A DNA stretch of 63,989 nt, counting the filler, from Atractiella rhizophila (lineage: Eukaryota): NCBI GenBank assembly GCA_021432655.1. It is 5 parts of 5 records of this genome, joined end to end, with 100 filler letters (N's around TTAATTAATTAA, not from the genome) between each part and the next. Parts side by side here need not be neighbours in the genome. Positions count along the whole stretch, not along the records: positions 62,142 to 63,989 come from MU271995.1; 4 more parts are not named here. One strand, 5' to 3'. The first letter of the stretch is position 1. Every line of letters starts with the position of its first letter. The notes under the pieces were generated by a model. That model saw only the letters and a program-made list of their open reading frames with translations, ran no database searches and had not been told where the DNA came from. The position numbers and the translations under genes are program-made. Below, one piece after another: positions 63,276 through 63,989 of this stretch.

Positions 63276-63863
63276 GTGAACGAGCAGGAGTCGAGGCGTC
63301 TCCATGATCAGAGGACAGCAGATGTTGTGTTCGCGTCTGCCGAGCCCGATCACGTATGCTCGTCCACTCTGGCATCCGAGAAGTCGTCAAGGATTATTTT
63401 GAGCGACATCCGCGAGAAGGCGTCGTGCGAAAGTGGTGGACAGGAAGACGAGACGGAATACCTGTTCGAGTTTGCAGTAACTCGACAGGCCCTCTGGGAG
63501 TTGGAATTCGAAGAACCAGTTCGTCCCTCTCCTGCTTGTTTCCTTCTCACATTTGTACTAAGCTGGAAACTTCTTTCTTGGCGACGGATGTAGGTGGAAG
63601 TCGCTAGCGAAGAGGAAGAGAACGAATCGTATTCTACTTCCCCTACCGCTTGTCATTCTCCCGCCGATGATCGCGGGCTTGGATTTCCCAAAATTCCTCA
63701 AGGGACGGATGGGGGAGACGCGAATATCGATGGCGCCGAATTCACCATCGACATCCCTCTTCACCCTCTGTCGAAACAGTCTCCTTGTTCTGACAAAACC
63801 TCTCCTGCCACGAATGACGTGACGTCCCGCATGTCACGCATCAGAGCGGAGAGGCGAATATAA
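63276..63863 (+). CDS. Hypothetical acidic low-complexity protein, boundaries uncertain
   Basis: Two in-frame ORFs can be joined by a GT..CTAAG..TAG intron at about 63519-63593. Confidence 0.3.
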
Positions 63864-63989
63864 ACAGGATCGTGTCTTTGGATGAAGAAGAGGACGCGAG
63901 TGAAAGCGTAGGGGATAACGAGCTCGATGTGATCTATACCCTTCCGTTGGACGAAGACGAGCTCCATATTCTTTCCACGCCTTCAATTT

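Overview
Intron-rich fungal genomic DNA, most likely a basidiomycete and apparently heterozygous (dikaryon or diploid). The window is not one locus: five contigs are joined by artificial 100-bp spacers (44 N + TTAATTAATTAA + 44 N) at 16466, 33010, 49524 and 62042. Recognisable genes are IQGAP, choline/ethanolamine-phosphotransferase (two haplotype copies), PPIL2-type U-box cyclophilin, the 3' end of Ile-tRNA synthetase, PIG-A/SPT14, VPS36, an Rds1-like ferritin-fold protein, MIC19, eIF2B-delta, CHO1, a cytochrome P450, RRG9, coactosin, an MP88-like GPI mannoprotein and a GFA protein. The most striking structure is a 3.9-kb mirror segment (6275-10170). It is the IQGAP gene written backwards without complementation, carries synonymous allelic SNPs, and is almost certainly a gap-filling artifact. 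A second mirror block (13283 to about 14300) hides a gene 3' end that the six-frame track cannot see. The best biological candidate is a duplicated, decayed head-to-head module: a nuclease-fold-like gene paired with an atypical kinase gene, possibly resembling Spok or Crinkler architecture. Exon boundaries were read by eye and are approximate.
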